From Rhizodiscina lignyota (Eukaryota), in assembly GCA_010015805.1 (NCBI GenBank), contig ML978127.1:992001-1056000 (forward strand): DNA of 64,000 bases. Reading direction: 5' to 3'. The notes beneath the pieces are model-generated. The model saw only the letters and a list, made by a program, of their open reading frames with translations, was not told the DNA's origin and did not search any database. Within the stretch, counting starts at the first letter, position 1, and every line of letters starts with the position of its first letter. This document shows, one piece after another, positions 50,919 through 62,820 of this stretch. Both the position numbers and the translations under genes were made by a program.

Positions 50919-51442
50919 TGTGACCTCGAGCTATTTATGCCCATTATCTTCGTCGGCCAACTGATACGACTCTTGATGAATTCCTCCAGCTGCGGCGTCG
51001 CGGAAAAGTTGCAAGCATTTCTGAGGCATTCGATTCAACCCCTGTCGTTGAGCTATGAGATTTCTTTTCTTGATATCCTGACGCGTAGCATCGAGTGCGT
51101 CATATGTATATATGACCAAAAGTTTTCAGAACGTTTGATCAGCATCTGGAGTGGTATATCTTCGTGTACGGTGATTCACATTCCTGAGCTTGCGTTGGTA
51201 CAGACATTAGTTATATCTTCACACTATTACAGGAATAATAAAGCGATGAGAACAACTTTGGAACTCGTATGGGAAACGTCCTAAGTCTTCGTTCGAGAAC
51301 TACACATGGTCTCACTTGCTTGTCGTGTTGCTTAGATATTTTTGGAAGCAACCACATCCCCTCCAACCCAAAAGGGAAATGAACCTCCGGCACTCCACCA
51401 TGCTCCGCTATACACTTCCATTCCGCACAATACTTCAATTTC

Positions 51443-52681
51443 ATGGCCACCCAACAGCGTCCGGCTAGTAGTGGCCGCCGTGGACCATCTGGTGCATGGA
51501 GCAGGCTAAAGACCCCGCCGCAGGATCCGTTGGAGGCATACGGGCTGCCGAGCAAAGGGGAGACGAGGTATGCACACTCCTCATACCCACTCATCCGGAG
51601 CTCTATACATGGCTCTCTTCGACTTGGACCTATATGGGATGATATGACGGCGAAATTCTGAACAGGAGGTGCTATGGAGCGCTGACAATGACACAGGCTC
51701 AATGACTTCAAGGTACAGGAAGTGTATTACAATAGGATCGTGGAGAGGTACATGAAGTTCTGCGCGAACGCAAAGAATGGAGACGAACTCGACAGGCATT
51801 TTGCTACTTTGTCAATCTCAGGTGGAAACGCCTCACATTCCCTATTAGAACCAGCGACAGCTTCAAAGCTTCCGCAGAAGACAGCGTCTGAACCGCGCCT
51901 GTCAGGCCTCGCAGCCTCGAAATATGCGTCACAACCACCGGCCTCCTCAACGCCCACCACTCTCCCTCCTCTCTCTGCAACCAAATTAAATCCAAGTAGT
52001 AGCAATGCTGCGACTCCATCAATTCCCTCTCCCGAACTCCAGCTCATCCTTTCGGCGACCCGCAAACTCCGCGAAGCCATCGTCTCGTCCCACCGCACCG
52101 ACTCCTTCGCCCAGCGCTGCTACGTCTTCATCATCCGCGCCGCGATCCTAGCGCGTGCGTGGGAATCGTACCACCCTGCCCTGCTCTACCTCCTCCGAAC
52201 AATTCACCCGCTCACGCCGCTGGCGGACAGCGAGCTGAAGGAGCTCGTGGGCTACAGAGTCCTCGACGAGGCCTGCCGCATCGGCGACCTGGGCGAGGCG
52301 CACAAGACTCGCGTGGCGTTCAGCGTGCGCTACGGATGGAAGAAGGACGATTGTAAGCTGAGGCGGGTGGACGTGGTGCTGCGCGCGCTCGTACATGACG
52401 ACTGGACGACGTTCTGGCGCATGCGCAGGGCGGTGGATGGCTACCAGCGCAGGCTGATGGAGTGGGCGGAGGATGGGATGCGCGTGCATGCGCTGAAGTG
52501 CCTTGGGCGGAGTTACTTTAGCGCTGAGAGGGGCTATGTGGAGCGGTGCACTGGGACGGAGTGGAGGGAGCTTGTGAGACAGGGCGTTGGGTGGGAGTTG
52601 CAGAGCGATGGGGAGACTGTGGTGATCAGAAGGGTGAAAGCGAAAGGGATCGGAGGGGTTGGTGGTAGCTCTGGAGGATGA
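51443..52681 (+). CDS. Conserved fungal protein with PCI-like (SAC3/CSN8/PSMD8-type) C-terminal domain (1 intron)
   Basis: DPLEAYGLPSKGETR|LNDFKVQEVYYNRIVERY; RKLREAIVSS.R.D.FA; ALVHDDW..FWR..RAVDGY; MRVHALKCLGRSY. Confidence 0.65.
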
Positions 52682-52961
52682 GACGATTGGCAATATAAAG
52701 AGTTTGGGCCTTGGTTATTGTTGAATACCTAGCTATGGCTTTTTGGGGATATCGGAATAGGGCGAGACAGCGTGCAGTCGTATTAAATTCTGGAGAGTAC
52801 TTCTTAACAATCTCACCATATTCACCACGCGCTATGGGGCGTTGATATGACTAGGGTAAGTTTCAGAAATTTAGAAGGGTGTATGCACTAACGACTTGAT
52901 AGACGCTGTCGACGAAAGTGACGTTCGGAATGTGTCTCTCATAAGCGGAGATCCTACAATC

Positions 52962-53640
52962 CCGTTCACGTCTGCAAGGGCGTTTCTTCACTCTCTCGCC
53001 AATAAGCATCTTGTCCAACTTCGAACCTAGCGAAACCTCGCCAATAACAGAGAAGACGCTAATAGGCGGTTCCTCGCACGATATCGTTTTAAGCAACTAA
53101 TCTCCCGCTACTGCCTCGATGACGGCGGTCTTTTCAACCCTACTGTGGCGACCTACAACCTACAAACCTACTTGTAGACCGGGACACTCTCCGTATCACG
53201 ACTGTACTAGGCTTCGAACTCATAAACATTATGCCAGCGTAGTTTACATACGACCCACCTTGGTAGCTACTTTTATTGGGACTAGATATATGGCTTGAAC
53301 GTCATTCTATGAAAGATTTCATGGTCCGCTACGTGCCAAGAATGGAACAGTTCTTGCGAGCATTGACACGGTGGAGGCGAGGATGAATTTGGAAGGAAGC
53401 CAGAGAAACCCACTTCTTTCTGTCCGTATGCGCGACTCGTAGGCGACTGGAAGATTCCAGTTCGACTATGGAATTAGAAAGAGTTTTGACATCGACGCAG
53501 TCTATTGGGCTGCCCTTCACAAGGATGGGGATGATGTGCTTGATGATGAGATAAGAGAAGAGATGGAAAAGTTAGTGGATTTAAAGATGGAACAATTGAA
53601 AGCTTATGACGCAGAGTGTAGGGTTCGATTTTCTTCGTAA
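52962..53640 (+). pseudogene. Decayed APH/choline-kinase-like phosphotransferase family gene (C-terminal half)
   Basis: Manual translation: ..CGDLQPTNLLVD..RITTVLGFE..MPA*FTYDPPW*LLL..LSVRMRDS*ATGRF.FDY..RKSFDIDAVYW..KMEQL; four in-frame TAG stops and two frameshifts. Confidence 0.75.
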
Positions 53641-54967
53641 GACTTGGCATTTAGTACAAGATCTAAGACGATAAGTATACGGAAACACAAGGCTTCAAGG
53701 CTAACTAGAAGATATAGTTAATAAAGCTTTTAAACGGATTTATACTCTTAAAAGTAGAATTAATAAGCTTAAGACATCTAGATCTACGACTTTTAAGCCT
53801 ATAAATCCTTTTTAAAGTTATACAACTATCCTTTTCCTCTTCTAACATAGTCCTCTAGCTATTTAGCCTTTCACAAAACGCTTTGTTGGCACAGTTCTAA
53901 AATAAGATCACATGGAGTGAATCCGAGTAGTCGACCGGTCACAGCGCATAATCGAGGCGGAAAAAGCGCGGGTGGTGGGGGATATGTTGCGAGAAGGAAA
54001 AGGCGAAACACCGGGCTGTCGACTCATAGCTTTTAGTGTGTACTCCAAAGTTCGTGGGGTTTGGTGGAAAGAGGTAAAAATAAGGTTTTGACGTCGCCAA
54101 TCGCGCCAGTGGATCGACGAACGTGGCCTCCGTCTGCAGGGACAGCCACGTGAGACGACATGCTCTTGAGTCTTGGCCAACATATAAGCTACTCATATCC
54201 CACAGCGGCGTGTTTGGGGTCCCAGGCGGCGACGTTCTGCGGAACATTGACCATTAGCAAATACACTCCAGATTGCGACAAGTTCCAACGTAATTCTTCC
54301 AGGGATCGTAGCGAGCGAACCGCATAGAATAGCACGGTGAACAGATACCGTACACCTCGCTATCGACAGGAACCGCCTAGTCCCAACTTTGGCCATAAGA
54401 ACTACTCGGAGATGTCAAGGTGGAAATTAACTGCAACGCGGAGATAGTAGCATTCTGCGGTGCAGCCCTTCACGTTGCCCACTGGTGCAATGTCGTACGC
54501 CGGAGTCGCTGTCTACGTCACGTCCTCTGCTCGCTGTGTTCAGCTTCAAAAGCACAGACCCTGGAACCAACATCACGAACTCAAATGGACCACTCCAATC
54601 CTGCGATATCTTTGGCCAGGCTCTCTTGTCAGCCTCATAGCCCCCATTGCCGGGCCATAAAATCTTTTGATACAAAAATATCGCTTGGTGGGATAGGAAT
54701 ATGGAAAGGACATCGTCTGATGGACGCGTGGGGAATCTTGGCTGTAATTCTCTTGCGGTCCGGGATTTCGAATGATTATCATCTCTGACCCTTGGACAGC
54801 TTCTCGTGCTGGAGATTATAAAGAGTAGGCCTCAACCCTTTGACCAGATGGACCAACACTTTGGCTGTGGAAAATCGACTTCATTTCCTATCTAGTCTTG
54901 CACTTTCCTATTTTCCTATTTTCCTTGCTTCCATTTCCTCCTTTATCCTTCTTTTCTACCCTTTCCC

Positions 54968-57827
54968 ATGATGCGCTCGCTCTTAGCAGCTTCGGTCGTC
55001 GGTTTACTTTATGTTGGCTGCACTGCCGTCGCTCTCCCAGCAGCTATTGAATTAGATACTCGAGCCCCGAATCAAACATTAGTTGGAAAGGTCTCCAATT
55101 CTTCGGCCGGCGTATTCAAGGGCGCACCAGATTCGTTCACCAAGAATGTAAACCTAGCTACGAACGGCAACTCAACGTCGCTCAACGCCAACTTCAAAAC
55201 GATTGGAACAGCGACGAATCAGACGCAATTTTTGCTCGCGCAGACGAATGACGGGAAACAAAGTCCCTTTGGTCCTACATGCTATCAGACTCGCAAGAAG
55301 GACGGCGGAAAGACGGTCAAGTCGAGTGATCTCGCAAATTTCCTTTCGACCGCGATCATCAGCGCCTGTCAGCATTTCGACGGCGGCCGAGGAGGCACTA
55401 TATCGATTCCGAACGAGGGTTATGTGTTCTACGGATCCTCTGCCATTACAAACGACGGCAACACCTGTATTGAAGCATTCAGCAACATCTCCTCATCTTG
55501 TGTGGTGAATGGCAACTCTTACGGAGGCCAAATCATCATAGAAGGGCAATTGTACAATCTGACAAACTTTGTCTATCCGCATACACCGTTGACCAACAGC
55601 ACACATGGTCAATTCCCTCCACCAGGACCAGATCTTCCGAAGCCTGCCAAAGGGTGCCCAGATCCATTCTTCGAAGCGAAAAACTTTACACTGAGCACCA
55701 CGGCAGGCCAAACGACTGTTTCTCAAGATTTCGATGCTTCTAGTTTTCCGGAACTCTTCAAGAAAGATACACAGTGGCGTGTATACACCGCGTCTCAGAC
55801 AGATGTCAAATCCTGGAGCCTCAACTTCGTCGGTGGCACGGCCCCTCAGGTCATGACGCAGAGCTCTCCTCCAGTTGCATACTTCGAGCTGAACGGAGAT
55901 GATGTACCATGTCAGTCTACCTCGTTTTATTTACATTTCTCTGCTAATGCAAAGAGTAGCCAAGTTAACCATTACGGCTACGTTCATCGATGGCTTGACT
56001 AGTAACAATCCTCAGTACTCTACGTTGCTTATAGTAGACGGAACGGCATGTATTTTCTCTGGAAGTGTAAAGAGCAACTTCTGATGCGTTACATTCAAGG
56101 TTACGAAAAGCTGCAACGGCGAGTTTGGATCTCTTCCGTTTGCGGTTCCCAACAACCGCCGACCAACCTCTGACGAAATCCAACAGACTTGCGACTCAGA
56201 CCAAAGCAAGTAGGCCTTTTAGATTTCTCGTGATTAATTCTAACCTCTATGCGCAGGTCAATTCAGTCTTACTGATGGTACATTGTGGGATGCGGTCAAC
56301 GCGACCGGGATGCTCCAAACTCTCCGCCTTGCTTACCCAGGTATTCCATCTGGCGCAGAGCCAATCGATCAATTCACATCGGATTTCTTCCATGGCCCTG
56401 ACAACTACGACTGTGGGCTCGTCGACAGTAAATGCACTGCTGGGCTCTCTTGCACGGACTGCGATGACCCTGCTGGTTTCGCAATCCTCGAGTCTTTTGC
56501 AGGACTGCACAATGTAACAAACCTCTATTTCCAATCAACAGATTTGTTTAGCTAACTTCCGCAGTACTTCAATGTGATTCTGGGTGCCATTAACGCCGCC
56601 GAGTCTGACGCTGCCCTGATCCAAGGAACGTTCACGGAAACATTTACTTTCACTGTCAACACCGAGTCATTTTTGAAGGTGTTGCTCGACATCGGAACTA
56701 GTCTTCTGGGTATGTCGAACGCGGGTATTGGTTTCTTCGCTGGCATTGGTAAGCTTGGAGCGTTTGAGGGGAAGCTGATCGATAAGGGAGCTTCTGCTGT
56801 GGCAGCATTGGGCTCGGCTGGAATTGCCGCTACCAAGGATCTCCTTCCAGCGTGAGTGAAGGCGTCCCAACTGTGCCTATCTTTTGTACGGCTTTTAATC
56901 TTTCTGTTCAGGGACGAACAGATGTGGCTTAACGAGAACGAGATCAGCTCCGGCTTACAACAATTCATCCTCGGGCTCAAGAGCGCCTACTCTGAGTTCG
57001 TCGGCGGCATGTTCAGAGACGGCTTCTATCAGACGGGCGATGGACAGAACTTCTTCCTCCGCGACTTGGTCGACGGGGGCCTCTGGCTCAGCAACCCCTT
57101 CCAGACTGTCAGCGCGACCACGGGAATATCCAGCACGACTGACTCGGTCGACGTCAATGCCGAGTTCCTCAAGCTCTTCTACGCGCAAATGATCCAGACT
57201 GCATGGAAGACATCGGATAAGAGGCGACCTGCGATCATGCCGCTGGACTCGATGGACGGTGTCATCTTCACGGATCCGTCGACAGGAAAGGCCATTACCT
57301 CTGCCGACGTAAGCAGATCCACAGAGAGTTTTGTATCAATACTGACCAGCTGCAGTTCTTCGCCGGGCAATTCATTAACTACAAGGACAAGTTCTACGTT
57401 CTGGCCGGTTTTGACATGGACAAAGGGTCTATTCCCAATCAGGGCGGTACTAGCCAAACCCTGACTGGTGACCGAAACACGTGGGGCGGTACGTACCCTA
57501 TTGCCTCCTTTGTCGCTCTTCCCGTAGTACTGACTGAACTGTGCAACAGGTCTCACGATCGACGACCTTATCATCTCTAGCGTTGAGGGTTGGTTGCAGA
57601 ACGGGCAGAAGAACGGCTTCACGATGGCGCAGCCCTCGTTCGCATCGGCCAATGGACAGAGCAACTTGCCCTTCGTGGACGGCGTACGGACGCCTGGCTT
57701 TGTCAATATTCCAGTGTGCGCCTCCAATCAGTGGGCCACGGACTATGGCAATCCGCATGGGCAGCATGGCTCACCCAACGATCCCAACTTCCCGCTCTTT
57801 CCGTGTAACGATCCTCCGCCGTCGTAA
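54968..57827 (+). CDS. Large secreted Cys-containing protein of unknown function (about 8 exons)
   Basis: Signal peptide MMRSLLAASVVGLLYVGCTAVA; the scattered ORFs join into one frame via introns at 55911-55959, 56046-56099, 56206-56256 and four more; ends WGGLTIDDLIISSVEGW..GVRTPGFVNIPVC..FPCNDPPPS; TATAAA near 54817. Confidence 0.7.
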
Positions 57828-57971
57828 GGCGCATTGCGAGAAGAGATAAATCCATACCCCCTAGTGTTTCGACTTCGCTGTTACTCTTCTATAGGAGATA
57901 GCTAGCTAGACTCTCATTGAATTTCTTTTTATTCTCATATAAAATCTGTAGTTTTAGTAAAACAAAATCTA

Positions 57972-58200
57972 TATAGTTCGCAGTCGCCCCCCTTTGCTCT
58001 TAAAAAATATTCTCATTGGTTGGCTCGAGCTTAACCTGACCAATAGCTGTTACGTCGATTAGAAAGAGGATAGTTTGTGCGTAAGAGGTATCAAATCAGA
58101 ATAGTAAATCTCTGTAAATCTCCCGATAAACCGAGAGCAAGCTCGAGCCAACTAATTAGAATAATTTTTTTTTTAAGGAGGGGGCTACGAACCTACTGTA
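57972..58200. mobile_element. MITE-like non-autonomous DNA element, copy 2
   Basis: Left GTTCGCAGTCGCCCCCCTTTGCTCTTAAAAAATATTCTCATTGGTTGGCTCGAGC, right GCTCGAGCCAACTAATTAGAATAATTTTTTTTTTAAGGAGGGGGCTACGAAC..CTGTA; interior (AGAAAGAGGAT..TTTGTGCGTA..TCTGTAAATC) aligns with copy 1. Confidence 0.75.
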
Positions 58201-58534
58201 ATATTTTTTACCACACTTTGATATTGGGTGACAAGGGGGCCCAGTCTTTACCACCGTAGAGCGTACGAAGATCATATCTGACCTATGAAACAAACAACAT
58301 AAAACTGGTTTTGATGCACTTAAGGCGTGGAGAAGGTGCATTGTGTATTTCAAAAGGGAGAGGGAGTGATGACAACTTTCAAGTTTGCATTTCACGCGTT
58401 GACGCGTCTTAGACGCGTCAACCGTTATTGGACTACGATAGCTCAAGTAATCCCATTTCCCAGATAATGCATGAGAATCCAGATAACACCCCATCAAAGC
58501 ACGAATAACCTTTCAGCATCTTTCGTTTGCACAC

Positions 58535-61233
58535 CTACGTCTGCACTCCAACCCTTCCCAAAGCACCTCCCGTGAAATTGTTTCTTCGTCCTTGCGATCC
58601 CCCTCTCTGCTGCCCACCCCTGCCACCTCTCTGCCCACCTCTACCGCCCCGGCCACCTTGTGTCTGCCTTTCGAATGCATTTGCAGTGCCCTGCGTCCTC
58701 TGTTCCAAGGTCTTCTCGTTCGACTCGATCAGCCCGCTAGCCTTATCGCTCAGCGTCAGCGCCAAACTCTGCAACCTGCTCAATTCCACGCCCTTCCGGA
58801 AAATAATGGCATCGTTTACTTGGTCAAGTGCTGCTGCAAGCTCTTCATGGGAGATCATCTTGGAAACCACTGCCGCGACTTTGCGCGTGGGAAGCTCGAA
58901 CATCGACGCGAGAGTGGCCACGGAGAGAGTGTCGTAATACGGTGCGTAGGTGAAGAGATATGTGCGCAGGCCCTCTTCTTGAATCTGCTCTGACAGCATA
59001 TCCTTGATTGTTGCTGACTGTGCCATGAGCTCCCAAATTTTGATAGAATTGATGTAGTCAGCAGCCTTCTTCCACTCGCCTGCGGCTAAAGCTCTTGAAG
59101 CTTGCATGACATGATCACGAGTATTCTCGGGCGGGCCGGTGAAGATTTGACGTTCGTGGTATTCGAGGAGACGGCGATAGGTCTTGCTGATGATTCGCTT
59201 CCTGATATCCGGCGAGGAGCCAACCTGGGCCAACAGTGGAATCTCGAGTAGCATAGAGCAGGTCAGGTAAACGCATTCGAGTAGCTCCAAGTTGATGTGC
59301 ATGTGGAATGGGAGTTGTCTCTGGCGTTCCAGACGCTCCTGTTCTGGAGAGATCTGCGAATACCGTTGCATCTGCAAGCCTTGCGCTAAGAGTTCCTTCT
59401 GCCTGTTGCTACCGCAAATCTCCTGGAGCGATGTTTGGGCCTCGTATACAAGGCCCGCTCGGAAAGCACACAAGCCAACTTGCACGAGTGTTCGGTTGAA
59501 CAGAATCTGGGTGTTGACGTCGAAGTTGGAGATGGTTTCTTGGAGATGCGACATGAGCATCATATCACGCGCCTGATAGTACTGTTCATGCAGCGCCAGG
59601 AAGTACACCTGGCACAGCATCGCTCGCGCGCGAATAATGCCCTCGCTATTCTGGAAGAGGTATGTGCAAAGCGTTTGGACCAAGCCTTCGGTATTTGTGC
59701 TTTCTGCTCGGGGGGTGATCTTGGAGTCTGCGTTCTCTGACATTCTCTTCCAGGTGTTCTCCTCAAGGATGGCGACGACTTGAGATGGCTGCGCGAATGA
59801 GTTAGTGTATCCGAAATCAAGGCTGAATCACAAGGACAAGTCTCACCTTGAAATAAATGTGCTCCAGCCGCCTCATTACCACTCGGTTCACACTGTCCTG
59901 AGAGGCCTCAAGCTTCGGATTGCTTTTGAGGCTCTCGACGTAGAGAAGTGCTCGAACGATACATGAGTATAGGTCTGCTTCGTCTCGTAGCCGGTCCACG
60001 TACTCCGCTGTGTGGGGATCGATGTGTTGCAAAGATCGCGTCAACTCGTCATCCAGTCTCTCCACGAATGAAACGATGCTGCCAGGAATTTTGAATATCT
60101 CTCCTGGAGTGAGAGTTGGCTGCTTCTCATCGTTCTCCCACTCTTCTGCTCCTTCGACTACGACGAGATCGGGACTTTGTTCGAGCAGCTGCAAGAGCTG
60201 GGTCAACTCATGCTCCGCAACTTTCCACTGTTCCTGTGACATTTGGTTGCCAGTTCCAGAAGTCAAGTCAAATCGTGTTGGTATAACTGTGAGCAGTACT
60301 CGGATGCGCTGGTAGTCGGTGACGGAAATCTCAAGGAGCTTCTCCATTACCTTGATCTGCTCTAGACGGTCGGTGTTCTTTCGTCCACGAGACTCCACGA
60401 TTGTGCGGAGATTCTTGAAGATCTCTTCTGGGGTGTATTTCACGGCGCGACCACCGGCACCAACCATTGTGAAGCCAGAGTCATCGGCTCCGATGATCTC
60501 TTGCTCTATATCACCCGGAGTCCTCTTTGGCTTCTTTGCCACAGGTACAGCCTCCTCAATGACGTCCTCCTGCATAAACGCGTCCTTGTCTTCCCGATAT
60601 TTGTCAATTTCCTTTGAGTGGTCCTTGTTGTTCTTCCTTATGCGCTGGCGGACTGCGTTGAGACCCCGAGTATTGACTGCATTCATCTTCTTCGGGGTAA
60701 CCTTCTGTTTCTCGACGGTCTCTTGCATGAAAGCCTCAAGATCAGCGATAGCCTTGATGTACAGTTTCGGTGGGCGTCCATCGTTCTGCTTGATAAGGTT
60801 CGGAAGGAGGCGATTAAGCTTGTCGTATTCTATTTAGCATTTGAACATTAGCCTTGATCTTACCGAAGAGTTTGAGCAGTGCAGAAATACCTGTCGAAAT
60901 AACGGCCCAGTCATTAATCTTTTCCGCATTCTCAATCAACCTGATGGTTCCTTCCAGCTCCTCAAAGCGCTTGTCTTTCGCACTCTTCACAACCGTGACT
61001 TTGTCCTCTTCATCGCTCTCTTCGGCGTCGCTTTCCGTATCCTTCTTCAAAAAGCGATTCACTCCGGTGGCAGCGCCATCCTCGTCACTCGAATCGTCTT
61101 CCGAGTCATCTTCCTCTTCGGATTCTTCTTCCTCCGACTCTGCGGACTTCTCTTCCTCAGACTCGCTGTAGAGTTCTTCTTCTTCGCTGGAGCTTTCGCT
61201 GGAGCTATCGCTGCCGTGGAAGAATCGAGACAT
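58535..61233 (-). CDS. NIP1: Eukaryotic translation initiation factor 3 subunit C (2 introns)
   Basis: MSRFF + acidic N-terminus, [58 protein letters not shown] domain, RGG tail. Confidence 0.97.
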
Positions 61234-61805
61234 GATTACTTTGCTGTTGTTAAGGAGGAAAGGTCTCTTCGTGGAGTTGCGACCTGAAATCTTTAAGTGG
61301 TGAGGGTGGCAGCCCCACAGTGTGGTCGGAGAGGGTTAATCCGGGCCGCGCCAAGACCTTTAAACGCCCCCGGCACCATCGACTCTGAGTCAGCCAATCG
61401 CTGCCGTCTAATTCGTTAGGTAACGTATCTTTTAATGGAATTGGCTAAATATTTCAACAAACCACAGCACACGTGGATCAACGGCGCTACATACCACCCA
61501 TGAATCATGTATTGATCTGTAAGAAATCTAAGATAATTGAATACATTTTAGGTCCGTGAATTCGTCAAACCACATTCACGAGCCCAACCAGGGATTCGCC
61601 GTATTCGAACGCATGATAAGGCCTCGAATTTCAAATTCTGGTTCTCAAATCCGGTTTGTAAGTGCGTGTTAACTTCGGCCAATCGCATGCGGCAGCGCGT
61701 CTTATGAGACTGAGTGTCCTGTCTGAGCCAAACTCCACCCGCTGTTTTCTCTTCATGATGAACGACACACGATATTGGAAGCCCAAATAAGTCTCCTTTC
61801 TGAAG

Positions 61806-62576
61806 ATGAAGGTCGTTATTTTTGGAGCTTCTGGCTTCGTCGGTTCATATGTTCTTCGCCAATGTATCATGGATGGTGCCATCTCGAGCATCGTGGTAAT
61901 CTCAAGACGTGATATCGAGCCTTCATATCAACAGAACCACAAAGTCCGCTGCGTGTTGCATCAAAATTTCCTCGAATATCCACAGTCAATTCTCGAGACC
62001 TTCTCTGATGCGAGAGCTTGCTTCTGGTACGCCGAATGCTACTGAATATTACATGAAACGAAACTTATGGCATATAGGTGCATCGGAGGCCGCCATACAC
62101 AGACATCTCGGTGGCCTACCTACGAAGACTATGTTCACGATAGTGTTGAGCTACCTCTTGCAGCCGCGAGAGTATTCGCAACCTCGGTCGCCCCAAGTCT
62201 AGCGCAGAAACCATTCCGCTTCATCTTCTGCAGTGGAGACTCCACCGAGCTTGATCCAAGCAAGAGCTTGTGGATCATGGGAACGACGAGAAAGGTCAAG
62301 GGGAAGGCTGAGAAAGGCCTCTATGAACTTGCGGATCAGTGCCCGACGGAGTTTGAGGCTTACAGTGCACGGCCATGTGGCATTTACTCACCAAACCCGA
62401 ATATAAAAGAGCGGCTCCTGACAACCTTCGTGTTGCCGTCATTGAGGGTAGAGGCTCTGGCAGCGACCATGGTCTATTTAGCGAAAGAGGGATACGACCA
62501 AAGGATCGTTGATCACAAGACAGCAAAGGAGCTCGGAGAACGCCTGCTCGAGAAAGAAAAAGAAGGCAATATTTGA
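61806..62576 (+). CDS. NAD(P)-binding Rossmann-fold protein (atypical SDR / epimerase-like), 1 intron
   Basis: MKVVIFGASGFVG, ARACFW|CIGG, PFRFIFCSG, TRKVKGKAE. Confidence 0.82.
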
Positions 62577-62820
62577 CAATTACCTCGAAGTGTCTGAATG
62601 AGTGTGTGTGCTTACAAAACAGGAGTAGTGGAACCAGTGTGTTGTGTACCACGATTGTTTCTTTAGTATGTTACATTCAAACTTCTCACCCATGTACTGA
62701 AGGAAAGTCTATTGTGTATGTGATGTCAGAAAGGAAATACTGCAAAACACCTTCCAAAATCTCTACGCTTAAAAAGGGTTACAATAATCATCGACCTCGA
62801 GAATTGATACTGCATCATAA

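Noticed and set aside
52060..52681. Abrupt rise in GC content within the PCI-like gene
   Set aside because: It coincides with the conserved domain and third-position codon bias; no junction or repeat evidence for foreign origin
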